Part shown: piece by piece, positions 19,436 through 28,908 of the stretch | Numbering within the stretch: the stretch's first letter is position 1 | Layout: the number at the start of each line of letters is the position of its first letter | Sequence record: NC_005859.1 | Direction: 5' to 3' (one strand) | Origin: Escherichia phage T5 | DNA length: 64,000 nt | Program-made: the position numbers and the translations under genes | The notes under the pieces: model-generated | The model's input: the letters and a program-made list of their open reading frames with translations, nothing else | The model's database searches: none | What the model was told of the DNA's origin: nothing

Positions 19436-19852
19436 TTAATCTACTACATGTATAAATCTTTTCCTAACTAGATACATAGTTATTGGATAAATTGAGTACA
19501 TAAGTATCGGGGAGAAAAGGGTGAAATACGCTGTAACTCCCCCAGCTAACATCAAAGGTATTAATGCTAGAGTAAGGGCCATAAGAACCATACCGAATGA
19601 AACAGCCAAAGCTATGGATATAGGATTCTCTAGTTCCATCCATAACCAACAATATTTCGTATCTCTATGGCAATTGCATTTACAAACACCGAATGAACCC
19701 ATAATTATATACTCTAGTACGTGAATAACCTTTATTAATAAGCTATTTCTAGTAGTTAATGCAAGGATAGTAAAGACTATCATTAAAACGAATACCACTA
19801 GACTTATTTTCCAGATACCTAGCAGCATCATAGTGAATAGTTCTGCAAACAT
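19436..19852 (-). CDS. multi-pass membrane protein
   Basis: 138 aa, 3-4 hydrophobic helices. Confidence 0.45.
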   Translation of the reverse strand: MFAELFTMMLLGIWKISLVVFVLMIVFTILALTTRNSLLIKVIHVLEYIIMGSFGVCKCNCHRDTKYCWLWMELENPISIALAVSFGMVLMALTLALIPLMLAGGVTAYFTLFSPILMYSIYPITMYLVRKRFIHVVD

Positions 19853-19895
19853 GGCTTTCTCCTATCTTCAAAAAATTATTAAAGCCCCCTTTGCC

Positions 19896-19918
19896 TAAAA
19901 AGGCGGGAGTACTCCCGC
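19896..19918 (-). terminator. intrinsic terminator after endolysin
   Basis: perfect palindrome GGCGGGAGTACTCCCGCC followed on minus strand by TTTTT. Confidence 0.7.
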
Positions 19919-19930
19919 CTAAGTTATTAA

Positions 19931-20344
19931 TTAAACTAGTTCGACATGACCGCCATCATAGGTACCACGTTTTATTTCATCGTGATAGTCTCCCGAAGCA
20001 TTCCAATCAGCACCAAAACGAAGTTTAATGCCTAGTTCTTTACCAGCTTGTTCAAAAGCCTTTTTAACTGCCCAAAATGCTTCCAAGTCATTCCAATCAA
20101 TTTTGCCATTAATATACGGAGCAAAATCAATAGCATCCCCAGTAATATGTTTGCTTTTACTAGGATCTTTTAGAAATGAAGTGCCATTAGCAATGTTCTG
20201 GGCACTTTGTGCTACTGTACGAATACCTTGCACGATTGTGAAATCATACGGAGATAATTCTAAAGCCCTACGAGCTACTTTTTGTAGTTCGGGCTTAACG
20301 GTGGCTAATTGTTTTTCGCTATTTTTACCAAATTTAAAACTCAT
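19931..20344 (-). CDS. lys: endolysin, M15-family L-alanyl-D-glutamate peptidase
   Basis: 137 aa; H..D..H metal-site pattern (HITGDAIDF ... GGHVE); size matches T5 endolysin. Confidence 0.8.
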   Translation of the reverse strand: MSFKFGKNSEKQLATVKPELQKVARRALELSPYDFTIVQGIRTVAQSAQNIANGTSFLKDPSKSKHITGDAIDFAPYINGKIDWNDLEAFWAVKKAFEQAGKELGIKLRFGADWNASGDYHDEIKRGTYDGGHVELV

Positions 20345-21051
20345 ATTGACCTACCTAAAGATCTCTGTTGTGGGGAACAGAGCTTTGTTAAGTATTCCTT
20401 AAATTGTTCTGAATCGGCAATATCTACTGGTTTATCTCTCCAAGCAATACCAATATACCCAGCATAGATATTGTTTAGATTGAAATACGGACACGTGTAA
20501 ATATAATTAAATATTACGTTTTTAAACGAAGGGATATTTTTCCCCATATATTTATTAACCTTTACAGTTAAATCCGAAGCATAGTTAAAGCCTTCTAGGT
20601 GACGTCTGTATAATTCAGACGTTTTATTTACTGCTTTATCGGCCAAGTCAGCCCTATCTAATTGCGCATTGCTTTCCCATGCAATAATGTTAGAGTAATC
20701 ATTAATGGCATCGGGTTTATACTTGACGACAAAAACAGCATCCGCACCCGTTTGAGAAAAGAGTACCATGCTCTTTTCTCTAGCTACATTAGGAAAGTTA
20801 TCTATCCTTTGAGTTTGAACATCCTGTAGAACCGCAGACGTGGAGAAAGTCTTTAAGAATGACATCACCTCACTAGTATTACTAACAAATAAGAAAATAA
20901 TGACAGCAACTAAGATAGTTAGCAGACGTTTAAGAAGCGATGCTGGGTCTTTCGCTTCTTGGAGCAGTACTGTTAATAATTGTAAGAACTTTTCCAATTT
21001 GTAACCTCCTCTAACCAGTACCATTATACTAATTTTGGAGGAAAATTTCAA
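20341..21051 (-). CDS. holin candidate (membrane protein upstream of endolysin)
   Basis: 236 aa with one strong TM segment (LLTILVAVIIFLFV); immediately upstream of and overlapping endolysin. Confidence 0.45.
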   Translation of the reverse strand: MKFSSKISIMVLVRGGYKLEKFLQLLTVLLQEAKDPASLLKRLLTILVAVIIFLFVSNTSEVMSFLKTFSTSAVLQDVQTQRIDNFPNVAREKSMVLFSQTGADAVFVVKYKPDAINDYSNIIAWESNAQLDRADLADKAVNKTSELYRRHLEGFNYASDLTVKVNKYMGKNIPSFKNVIFNYIYTCPYFNLNNIYAGYIGIAWRDKPVDIADSEQFKEYLTKLCSPQQRSLGRSI

Positions 21052-21153
21052 TGGGTTTTTAAATGTTACACTTGGAGCATAAAATTATGTCGTTGTCAAG
21101 AAGAATTTTAGATAAAAGAAAAGCCAGGGTACTTAACCCTGGCTTAAAATTAC

Positions 21154-21753
21154 TTACTCTTCATTGTGCTCCCCGGATTGAGGTAACTGCGCTTTATTGT
21201 ATTGCTCAGATCGATATTTTGCCAAGATTTCGATACGCTTATGAATTTCCTTGCTATCTAGATAGATATTTTTGTTGTCTTTTACCATCTCGTCGATTTC
21301 ATCTATTGAGAAGAACGGATAGTAGACATCTAGCATCATATCTTCTACGAACTTGTTGTAAGATTCATAGGCTTTCTTGATTTCTTGACCTTTCTCACAG
21401 AACCCGCCAGAGAACGTGTGTCCCATTAACGTAGCATGTGGATGTACTACCCATCCATGACAAGATAGGAAAATTGTGCAGTAAGCAGAAGCACTAGGAC
21501 CAATCAGGTGTCCTATAACTGTTCCACGGCAATTAGCAATTAAGTTAGATAACTGTGCAGCAGTATCAACATAACCACCGGGGCCATTAATCATCAGATT
21601 AATTTCGTCGTCCTCATTTGCCTGCATAAGTACCATTGATAAATCACGGTATTCATCCGGCGGACCAAGTTCTTCATCAAAGAAAAAGGTATACTCATTA
21701 GATTGGCGAATGGAGTGGAACAGGTTAGTCTTTTCTTCTTTTTTATTAGTCAT
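21154..21753 (-). CDS. ClpP-like serine protease
   Basis: 199 aa; INGPGGYVDTAAQL resembles the ClpP active-site region. Confidence 0.55.
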   Translation of the reverse strand: MTNKKEEKTNLFHSIRQSNEYTFFFDEELGPPDEYRDLSMVLMQANEDDEINLMINGPGGYVDTAAQLSNLIANCRGTVIGHLIGPSASAYCTIFLSCHGWVVHPHATLMGHTFSGGFCEKGQEIKKAYESYNKFVEDMMLDVYYPFFSIDEIDEMVKDNKNIYLDSKEIHKRIEILAKYRSEQYNKAQLPQSGEHNEE

Positions 21754-21765
21754 AGCGATCCTTGA

Positions 21766-22518
21766 TTATCCAACTAGTGGTTCTAGCTCTAAGTCACAGA
21801 AGTTATACACTTCTAGTTTAAGGTTATTGATACCATCGAATTTATTAACTAATTCGTGAGTGATATATTTTGCAGGAATACCACTTTCAGATGGATGATC
21901 TGATTTAATAGTGAACTTCTGCTCAGCGGGCACTACATTTACTAGTAAAGAATCCATATCTAAATGGTTCGTCTCTCTGAGTAACTCTCCTTCATTGGGG
22001 AATCTCACATCTGTTATTACGGCGACATCTGGGTCGTCTTTAGCGATGGATTGCTCCAGAATTATGAGCCAAATGCGTTCATGTACCAGCTGCCTTCCTA
22101 GCTCCGTTCCTACGAGCTGTAACATTTTTCTCGGAGAAATAAATAAACTATAAAGTCCGTCTTCTTTATTCTCTGAGATAAGTTGTTGAGGATTAAGATA
22201 TTTTTCCTCAAAAATCGGCCAAACGTACGAGAAGTCTTCAAACTTATCGATACCGTATTTAAACCATACGTCTCTAGCTCGCTCCAATTGAGATTGTGTG
22301 ACCGTAAACCATTGGTCAATCTCTTTCCCCCTGCGCTCTCCTAGAAACTCTGGAGTTACGCCGAGGATTACGGATGCAAGTTCATAAACGGGCTTAGCAA
22401 AACTGTAACGACGGGATAAACACGTTGGATACGTGTCATTACACCAATCGATAATTAATTTTGCAACGGTATCTTTTCCCGAACCAGCTTCACCATGTAA
22501 ACCGACTAATACTGACAT
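21766..22518 (-). CDS. deoxynucleoside monophosphate kinase (P-loop)
   Basis: 250 aa; Walker A GEAGSGKDT. Confidence 0.55.
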   Translation of the reverse strand: MSVLVGLHGEAGSGKDTVAKLIIDWCNDTYPTCLSRRYSFAKPVYELASVILGVTPEFLGERRGKEIDQWFTVTQSQLERARDVWFKYGIDKFEDFSYVWPIFEEKYLNPQQLISENKEDGLYSLFISPRKMLQLVGTELGRQLVHERIWLIILEQSIAKDDPDVAVITDVRFPNEGELLRETNHLDMDSLLVNVVPAEQKFTIKSDHPSESGIPAKYITHELVNKFDGINNLKLEVYNFCDLELEPLVG

Positions 22519-22871
22519 TAATCTTTCCTATTGTTAATTGGTGGATAATATACTAAACAACGTTTTTCTTGCAAATCTTGGCGGTAGAAGCAAACCATAC
22601 TTGTCAGTCGTGAGATATAAGAATATTCTGCCTCACGGCATTTTGCCAACATATTCCAATCTTTATATGGTACAACAACTACTACGCCATCTTCCCCATT
22701 TGTAGCTAATTTCTTTTCAAACTTAAAGTCAAAGCTACAAGGTTGAAGCCCTTTAGGCCAATCTACGTGAGCTGTTGGTAGCTCATGTGTAGGTTCTGGC
22801 TTTATTTCTTGTGCACAGCCTGTGATTGTGATTGCGGCTGCGAGCAGTATTCCAAGTTTCCAGTTAAACAT
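22518..22871 (-). CDS. lipoprotein (o-spanin-like candidate)
   Basis: 117 aa; signal peptide with lipobox ITGC; overlaps upstream TM/coiled-coil gene. Confidence 0.4.
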   Translation of the reverse strand: MFNWKLGILLAAAITITGCAQEIKPEPTHELPTAHVDWPKGLQPCSFDFKFEKKLATNGEDGVVVVVPYKDWNMLAKCREAEYSYISRLTSMVCFYRQDLQEKRCLVYYPPINNRKD

Positions 22872-23245
22872 GCTAATCTTTCCTCGAACTCCTTACTCTG
22901 CTTTTTAGCAATTAATGTAACCAATCCAGGCTTTGCAGCTATAATATCTTGACGACTAAGTGCCTTATCAAGCTGATTAATTTTCTTGTCTAGATCTGCT
23001 TGCGAAACATTATTCATTGTGAAATACTGATTCATTCGAGTCTCACGAAGTTCACTCTCAGCCCTCACATTATTAAGGGAGGTTTCTAGAGAAGAGATCT
23101 TTTTAGTAGCTACTGCAAGATCGCCTGCTAGAGTCTCAACCTTATTAACTAAGTGATAAGCACCGAATCCTATGCCTATCGCTAGACCTGCTCCCAGGAT
23201 ATACATCTTGTTATTCCAAACTAAGTCTACAAACCATTTCCGCAT
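22802..23245 (-). CDS. TM + coiled-coil protein (i-spanin-like candidate)
   Basis: 147 aa; N-terminal TM helix then coiled-coil; 70-nt overlap with lipoprotein gene. Confidence 0.4.
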   Translation of the reverse strand: MRKWFVDLVWNNKMYILGAGLAIGIGFGAYHLVNKVETLAGDLAVATKKISSLETSLNNVRAESELRETRMNQYFTMNNVSQADLDKKINQLDKALSRQDIIAAKPGLVTLIAKKQSKEFEERLACLTGNLEYCSQPQSQSQAVHKK

Positions 23246-23742
23246 TAGCCTGTACTCGCAAACTCACCGTGGAGTTCTTTGAGTTTGGTATCCCGCCATT
23301 TTATAGCCTCTTCCAAACTCTTAAGTGTTTTCGAAACTTGCTTACCATGTTTGGTAATTCTTACTTGGTAAGTCCCATTTGTTTTTCTATGGATATTTTT
23401 AACGCCTAAATGGTTATCGCTTCTTACTTTTTGGTTACAAGCGTTATCAGATCTTGTAGCAGGCCTTAGATTCTCAAATCTATCATTAGTTGAGTCTTTG
23501 TCCTTGTGATCAACTATTTCAGGCCATTCTCCAGTATGCCATGCATAGATTAATCTATGTGCCCCTATAGCTAGGGAACCATTATATAGTTCAACTACTC
23601 TATGCCCTGTACTTTGTCTAGATCCTGCTACTGTTCCGGCGAATATCTTATTAAAATGTTCGTCCCCTTCCCTGGGTTTCCAGATAAGATTACCATCTTC
23701 TTGGTAATCGAACATTCTTCTTAGCTCTTCCTTACTGATCAT
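23245..23742 (-). CDS. HNH homing endonuclease
   Basis: 165 aa; HNH core VDHKDKDSTNDRFENLR..N. Confidence 0.75.
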   Translation of the reverse strand: MISKEELRRMFDYQEDGNLIWKPREGDEHFNKIFAGTVAGSRQSTGHRVVELYNGSLAIGAHRLIYAWHTGEWPEIVDHKDKDSTNDRFENLRPATRSDNACNQKVRSDNHLGVKNIHRKTNGTYQVRITKHGKQVSKTLKSLEEAIKWRDTKLKELHGEFASTG

Positions 23743-24437
23743 CTTTTCATATTCCTAAAAGAAGTAACAGTATCAAATCCATGTGCAGCTAAGCGATCCT
23801 TATCGGAAATCGTAATAGTATTTGGTTCACCGGTTCCTAACACGCCCCAGATATATTGCTCGATCATCTGGTGCAAACGGTATAAGTTACTTTCAATTTC
23901 TTGCCACGGAATACCTGACTGATGGAAACGAATGTTAGTCTGAATCACGAAGTTACGAACATCATCGTTATCGTTCTTCTTGATACCTTTCACATACGCA
24001 ATCGGTACACGCAGTTCGGACAAGATACGTTCTGCTTTAGGTTTTGCTTCAACGAGCAAATCACGCATTGTTTCACGAACATCTCCACGACTCTTATCCA
24101 TTAAGTAGGAGCGAGCATGCAACCCCATCTCTTCCATTTTATCGAACATAGTGTCGAGGTCGAACGTTTTGAAGCTAAATGCTGGATGCCAGCAGTACAG
24201 CTCGTGCAGCCAGTAAACTTCACCTGCAACAAACAGTGGGTTTACAAAGTATTCGAAGTCGCCACGGAAAGATAGTGAACCCTCACGAAATACTTGGCGA
24301 GTATGCACAATGTTCTTTTCTGCATCATCAGTTACCTTAACCAGTAACTCTTCAGTTTTACGCTCCCAAACACGATCGGGGTCAAACAAACTGTTCTGCA
24401 AATCATACACATCTGCAAATTTAGAAATGATTCTCAT
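23739..24437 (-). CDS. hypothetical protein
   Basis: 232-aa ORF downstream of canonical promoter. Confidence 0.55.
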   Translation of the reverse strand: MRIISKFADVYDLQNSLFDPDRVWERKTEELLVKVTDDAEKNIVHTRQVFREGSLSFRGDFEYFVNPLFVAGEVYWLHELYCWHPAFSFKTFDLDTMFDKMEEMGLHARSYLMDKSRGDVRETMRDLLVEAKPKAERILSELRVPIAYVKGIKKNDNDDVRNFVIQTNIRFHQSGIPWQEIESNLYRLHQMIEQYIWGVLGTGEPNTITISDKDRLAAHGFDTVTSFRNMKR

Positions 24438-24468
24438 ATTTAATCCTCTTGCCTCAATCTATGAATAT

Positions 24469-24497
24469 ATTATACAAAAGTTTGGGCATCTATGCAA
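24469..24497 (-). promoter_or_regulatory. sigma70 promoter
   Basis: minus-strand TTGCAT-N17-TATAAT upstream of 23739..24437. Confidence 0.65.
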
Positions 24498-24512
24498 CTA
24501 AAATTTTATTAC

Positions 24513-24547
24513 AAAAATAGCCCAGTCGCAAAAGTGCAGGCTGGGCT
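24513..24547 (-). terminator. candidate terminator
   Basis: stem AGCCCAG...CTGGGCT with minus-strand T-tract; large loop. Confidence 0.4.
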
Positions 24548-24591
24548 TTGTCATTATTTGCTTTTGCTAGTAAGTTGACTTAGTGTCAATC

Positions 24592-24972
24592 TTATGTAAT
24601 ATTAGTTTCTCTAGCTTTGCGTAGTACCCCTGCATTTCTCCATAGCTTAATATCGTCCACTGTTTCTTTATAAGGAGCTATGGTAAAACCTAGCGGGCCA
24701 GCACTAAATAATCCTAAGAATCCTATTGCACGCATATAGAATAAACATTCTTCACCTGTCATTTCTTCAACTGCTTTTCTTTGTTTTTCGTTTTCAAACT
24801 CGTGCTCCTTGTTGTCTATACGAAGGTGTTTAATGAACCATTCAGCAGAATATTCATCTAAGTGTCTAAGTATAGCTACTGCATACCCGGCGCCAATTAA
24901 AAACCAAGTGGTAACAAGAATTAGTACTATGGTCATATCATCTCCAGTTAAGGTCAGCGACCAACTCACCAC
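24592..24972 (-). CDS. membrane protein
   Basis: 126 aa, hydrophobic segments. Confidence 0.45.
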   Translation of the reverse strand: MVSWSLTLTGDDMTIVLILVTTWFLIGAGYAVAILRHLDEYSAEWFIKHLRIDNKEHEFENEKQRKAVEEMTGEECLFYMRAIGFLGLFSAGPLGFTIAPYKETVDDIKLWRNAGVLRKARETNIT

Positions 24973-25046
24973 TTACCGCACTAAGGGGCACGACTCCCTT
25001 ATCCGTAACAGTTGCAGGTGACGCAACTCGGTCCTACGCGAGTTCT

Positions 25047-25331
25047 TTAGTTATTCTGCATTTCTGCTTTAAATTTTTTCATATTACGAGTTTTTCTGTA
25101 ATAGAAAAATACAGATGCTGGTCCTAGCAGAATATCCATAATAAATATTGCAGCTCTAGCACATCTTAGCAGCGTTTTATCGTCAAGAGGTGGCAGGTCT
25201 GATGGACGTGTTTTATGCGCAACATACAAGAGCACATCTTTATTCTTAGAGATGAATAAATCATCTATTAGGCTGTAGATAGCAACTACAGACCCGATAA
25301 CAAACCAAAGAGCAAATGGAGAGATAATCAT
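25047..25331 (-). CDS. membrane protein
   Basis: 94 aa, 2 TM. Confidence 0.4.
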   Translation of the reverse strand: MIISPFALWFVIGSVVAIYSLIDDLFISKNKDVLLYVAHKTRPSDLPPLDDKTLLRCARAAIFIMDILLGPASVFFYYRKTRNMKKFKAEMQNN

Positions 25332-25657
25332 TTCAGATCCTTTTCACTAATTAAAATATTTGTAAATAGTGGAGTATTTCCTAAACTCATGGCTGGTCCA
25401 AATGTATTCATGGCTACCCATAACTGCACGGTTATCATACCGTCTTTAATCGCCGGATCTTTATACTCCTCGATACGTTTCTTGGCAAAAGCAACTATGT
25501 CTGGATTATTTTTATTTTCCTGAATATAGTCATGCCAAAACTGGGTATTCTCACTACGTAGGAATGTTAAAATATCCTTAGTTGCTGGAATCTGCACTGT
25601 GCTGTTGATGTTTAGTCTTTTCACGTTCTTCTCTCTGTTATTCTTTAGGAAACCCAT
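25328..25657 (-). CDS. hypothetical protein
   Basis: 109-aa ORF. Confidence 0.45.
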   Translation of the reverse strand: MGFLKNNREKNVKRLNINSTVQIPATKDILTFLRSENTQFWHDYIQENKNNPDIVAFAKKRIEEYKDPAIKDGMITVQLWVAMNTFGPAMSLGNTPLFTNILISEKDLK

Positions 25658-26150
25658 TAAACTCTTCGATGACTGCTAGAGTTCCGTGCAATTCTAATCG
25701 TAATCCATTAGCTTTGTATACTGCAGATTCTAAGTCTTCATAGTTAAAATAACCACCAAATATATTATTTCCCGTGGAATTTCGCACCATTACTTGCCAT
25801 TTCTGTGCCTTTGTACTCCAAGACACACCTAAGTATCCAGAGTTACTAGTGGATTTACGATTTCTACTATTTTCTTGTCTGTTAGATTCTCTAAGATTAA
25901 CCCATCTGTTATCCGACCTAATCCTATTAATGTGATCAACTTCCTCTGGAAGTTTACCTGTCATATATAGGAAAGCTAGTTGTTGTGCATAATATGCTTT
26001 TTTATCAAGCCTTATTTGGATATACCCATCAGACCTTAACGTGCCTGCAAATGCACCTACCTTTAGTCTACCTCTTAGGATTTTATTAGTAAATTGTCCT
26101 GTCTCAGGATTATATTCTAGCAGTTCTTTTAACCTTTCTTGAGTAATCAT
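25638..26150 (-). CDS. HNH homing endonuclease
   Basis: 170 aa; VDHINRIRSDNRWVNLRESNRQEN. Confidence 0.75.
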   Translation of the reverse strand: MITQERLKELLEYNPETGQFTNKILRGRLKVGAFAGTLRSDGYIQIRLDKKAYYAQQLAFLYMTGKLPEEVDHINRIRSDNRWVNLRESNRQENSRNRKSTSNSGYLGVSWSTKAQKWQVMVRNSTGNNIFGGYFNYEDLESAVYKANGLRLELHGTLAVIEEFNGFPKE

Positions 26151-26554
26151 TCTTCTACTTCCACATCACAATCATAACGACAAGTAAACGAGTCAGAATT
26201 GTTGGAACGTTGGGTAGTAATATTACCGTTACGCTGAATGGTAATAGCTGGAGTAGAGAAGTTTTTATTGGTCATAATTTCTATATTACCATTACGCTCC
26301 CTTACTAATCTGACTTTACCATATTCAGTAATGATGCCATTTTGTTGGACTTTAACATTACCGTTTTTCATAAAAACTTTGGTAGATGCTAGAGAACCGA
26401 AACTAACTGCCGAAACCATCAGTGCAACAATAAACTTATTCATCATGGTCTTCCTCACTACAGTCACGGCATACATCATAATCGTTGAAGGAATGTTCGT
26501 GAGCTTCACACCACCAAGAACAAGAATCACAGAGGAATATTTCGGTTTTCTCAA
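26147..26554 (-). CDS. secreted protein (signal peptide)
   Basis: 135-aa ORF; internal Met followed by signal-peptide-like segment; start uncertain. Confidence 0.4.
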   Translation of the reverse strand: MRKPKYSSVILVLGGVKLTNIPSTIMMYAVTVVRKTMMNKFIVALMVSAVSFGSLASTKVFMKNGNVKVQQNGIITEYGKVRLVRERNGNIEIMTNKNFSTPAITIQRNGNITTQRSNNSDSFTCRYDCDVEVEE

Positions 26555-26717
26555 GTGCTTGGCCTAAAAGATCATCAGCTTCCCCAGCAGTAATCTTCAA
26601 TCCACATACATCTGCCACACGTTCTTTAATTAAGCGACCTGCCCCATGATAAGACATGCAGGTTCCAACAACACTATGCTCGACAACGTGAATGGCACAG
26701 TCTAGACGAGTTTTCAT
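26436..26717 (-). CDS. Cys-rich small protein
   Basis: 93 aa; strong SD GAGGGAGG; downstream of canonical promoter. Confidence 0.45.
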   Translation of the reverse strand: MKTRLDCAIHVVEHSVVGTCMSYHGAGRLIKERVADVCGLKITAGEADDLLGQALEKTEIFLCDSCSWWCEAHEHSFNDYDVCRDCSEEDHDE

Positions 26718-26747
26718 TTCAAACCTCCCTCATCAATTTATATAAAT

Positions 26748-26776
26748 ATTATAACAAGAAAAGAGAGGTTTAGCAA
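26748..26776 (-). promoter_or_regulatory. T5-type early promoter
   Basis: minus-strand TTGCTA-N17-TATAAT; stereotyped 5'UTR with strong SD. Confidence 0.7.
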
Positions 26777-26793
26777 ATGAATTATTTCAGAAA

Positions 26794-27141
26794 TTAGTCG
26801 TAGCACCACCATAACCCACGCTTACGCATGTCATGATCGCGATTATAGTCGTAATTTTCTGGATCTTTCATCACGCGGTGGAGTTCTTGACGATTACCTT
26901 GACGAACCATTTTATTAGAATGCCACTTAACACTCTTACTAACAGAACTCCAGCTATAACCATCCTTTTTCTCATTACGAATGGTTGCTTCTTCCATTTC
27001 TTGTTCTACCTTATCCCAGGATTTAGCATAAGTAACACGAATCCAGTAGCCACCCGCTTTGAGGAAAGTATATTCCTGGGTGTAATTAGCTTTAGACTTC
27101 CACCACTGATCACCAGATTGTTTACGATAAGTACGGCTCAT
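26794..27141 (-). CDS. hypothetical Trp-rich protein
   Basis: 115-aa ORF. Confidence 0.5.
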   Translation of the reverse strand: MSRTYRKQSGDQWWKSKANYTQEYTFLKAGGYWIRVTYAKSWDKVEQEMEEATIRNEKKDGYSWSSVSKSVKWHSNKMVRQGNRQELHRVMKDPENYDYNRDHDMRKRGLWWCYD

Positions 27142-27218
27142 ATTACCTCCATTAAGTCTTTTAAATTAACCTAATGTGGATGAATTTTATTATACATAAA
27201 TTATTTACCTATATACAG

Positions 27219-27251
27219 AAAAACCCCAGACTACTTATTCAATAGCTGGGG
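27219..27251 (-). terminator. candidate terminator
   Basis: stem CCCCAG...CTGGGG flanked by A-tract and T-tract. Confidence 0.45.
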
Positions 27252-27262
27252 TTTGTTATTAA

Positions 27263-27574
27263 TCACAGATCGGGGTGCTTATCTTCTAAACAGTCCGAGC
27301 TAATATATTCTCCGGATCCTACGAAGCCATCAAATTCATCATTTGAAATATCCGTAATCATTGCTTCCATTTTCCTAATCTCCGAGGTTTTCATCCCTGC
27401 TTTACTATTCTTAAAGTGTTTGCGAGGATTCCCGCACATCCAACAAGAACAGATACAAGGAGTAGTAGTGATAATACCTAACCGTTTAGGGCCTTCATGT
27501 GGGAAGACTGTCCAGTATTTCTTGCGGTTGTTCTTCACACGTTGCCGGTGATGACGTCTTAATGCTCGATCCAC
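27263..27574 (-). CDS. zinc-finger-like protein
   Basis: 103 aa; CICSCWMCGNPRKH cluster. Confidence 0.45.
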   Translation of the reverse strand: MDRALRRHHRQRVKNNRKKYWTVFPHEGPKRLGIITTTPCICSCWMCGNPRKHFKNSKAGMKTSEIRKMEAMITDISNDEFDGFVGSGEYISSDCLEDKHPDL

Positions 27575-27655
27575 ACATTTCTCCTAAAACTTGGGAGATA
27601 AATGGAGTTTGCTCGACTACCTTACGTAGTTCGTAGAAACTGTATCCAAGCCCCA

Positions 27656-28099
27656 TTACATCGCCTGAGTAAATGTACGACTAATAACGTCGTTCTGCTG
27701 TTCACGCGTCAGTGCGTTAAAACGCACAGCGTACCCTGAAACACGGATAGTTAATTGAGGGTATTTTTCAGGATGTTTCTGTGCATCCAAAAGCTGATCA
27801 CGACTTAACACATTGACATTTAGGTGTTGACCACCTTCAATTTGAGGGGCGACTTCCACTTTGACTTCACGAAAGGATTCGGGGTCAAAATGAGGTGTAA
27901 TACCTTCTAGATCTTCAACTAGAACTTTTTGTTTAAGTTCACCATCTTTAGAATATAATTGAATAATCTGATTATTATGAACAATATTAATTACGCCAGA
28001 TTTAAGATTTTGATACGCTTTCATTAGATCTCCTGGTTGGTAGTTAGTAGTGGATTTGAACCACTGTAGTCGCTCCGTATGAAGGAGGTGCATAACCAC
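27656..28099 (-). CDS. grcA: autonomous glycyl-radical cofactor (GrcA/YfiD-like)
   Basis: C-terminal ~70 aa near-identical in pattern to GrcA: GGQHLNVNV ... [19 protein letters not shown] ... RTFT. Confidence 0.85.
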   Translation of the reverse strand: MVMHLLHTERLQWFKSTTNYQPGDLMKAYQNLKSGVINIVHNNQIIQLYSKDGELKQKVLVEDLEGITPHFDPESFREVKVEVAPQIEGGQHLNVNVLSRDQLLDAQKHPEKYPQLTIRVSGYAVRFNALTREQQNDVISRTFTQAM

Positions 28100-28209
28100 T
28101 CTGCCAACTAACTATTATGTTTTACTAGGCTAAGTAAGTATTCTTTGTACTCCTTAGACCAACTAGCTTTTTTAAACTTTCCTGGACGCATAGTCTTAAT
28201 TCCTAGATT

Positions 28210-28286
28210 TGGTACTCCGGGAGGGATTTAAACCCCCGATCTCTCGGTTATCAGCCGAGTGCTTTAGATCGCTAAGCTACCGAAGT
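28210..28286 (-). tRNA. tRNA-Ile (anticodon GAU)
   Basis: hand-folded cloverleaf, CCA encoded; anticodon loop CTGATAA; T-arm GGGGG/TTTAAAT/CCCTC. Confidence 0.7.
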
Positions 28287-28301
28287 ATTAAAATATTTAC
28301 A

Positions 28302-28592
28302 TCACACACTGTCTAAGTAAGAAGTATAATGGAACTTAGTTTCTCCAGCCTTATCTACTTCTACCTCAGTTCGAGGTACTTGACGAACCACACCATAAAT
28401 CATCTTATATCGGATGCCTCTAGCTGGTTCATGATCTTTTGGAAATACTTGTTTGACCGTTACTACTTTATACCCTTCACGCGGTGTTAACACAACTACT
28501 TGATCACCCTCTTTGATTTTCCAAGAAGATGGAAATTCATAGGTGTATCTTTGGCCACCAGTTTGGAATACTACAGAAAGATAACGTTTCAT
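28302..28592 (-). CDS. hypothetical protein
   Basis: 96-aa ORF between tRNAs, downstream of canonical promoter. Confidence 0.5.
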   Translation of the reverse strand: MKRYLSVVFQTGGQRYTYEFPSSWKIKEGDQVVVLTPREGYKVVTVKQVFPKDHEPARGIRYKMIYGVVRQVPRTEVEVDKAGETKFHYTSYLDSV

Positions 28593-28622
28593 TTGGTTTC
28601 CCTCTCATTAACTTATATAAAT

Positions 28623-28651
28623 ATTATAGCAATAAATAAGAGAGAAAGCAA
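28623..28651 (-). promoter_or_regulatory. T5-type early promoter
   Basis: minus-strand TTGCTT-N17-TATAAT between tRNA-Thr and ORF 28302..28592. Confidence 0.7.
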
Positions 28652-28666
28652 ATGAATTTTTAAGTT

Positions 28667-28741
28667 TGGTGCTCCCACTAGGAATCGAACCCGGTTCAGA
28701 TGCTTACAAGGCAACTGCATCACCAACAATGCTTTAGGAGC
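28667..28741 (-). tRNA. tRNA-Thr (anticodon UGU)
   Basis: CCA encoded; anticodon loop CTTGTAA; one mismatch in each of anticodon and T stems. Confidence 0.6.
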
Positions 28742-28908
28742 GATGATCCCGTTATTTCAACGGGATTTCTTTTTCAAATACAGGGGATTTATCTGACATT
28801 ACTGTCATTGCCAACTGCTGAAGAAACTCGAAAGTTAGCTTTAAACGTTCTTCGCCTAATTCAATCTCAACGTATTTCTTTTGTTTGTCAACCTTTAATT
28901 TTAGGTTA

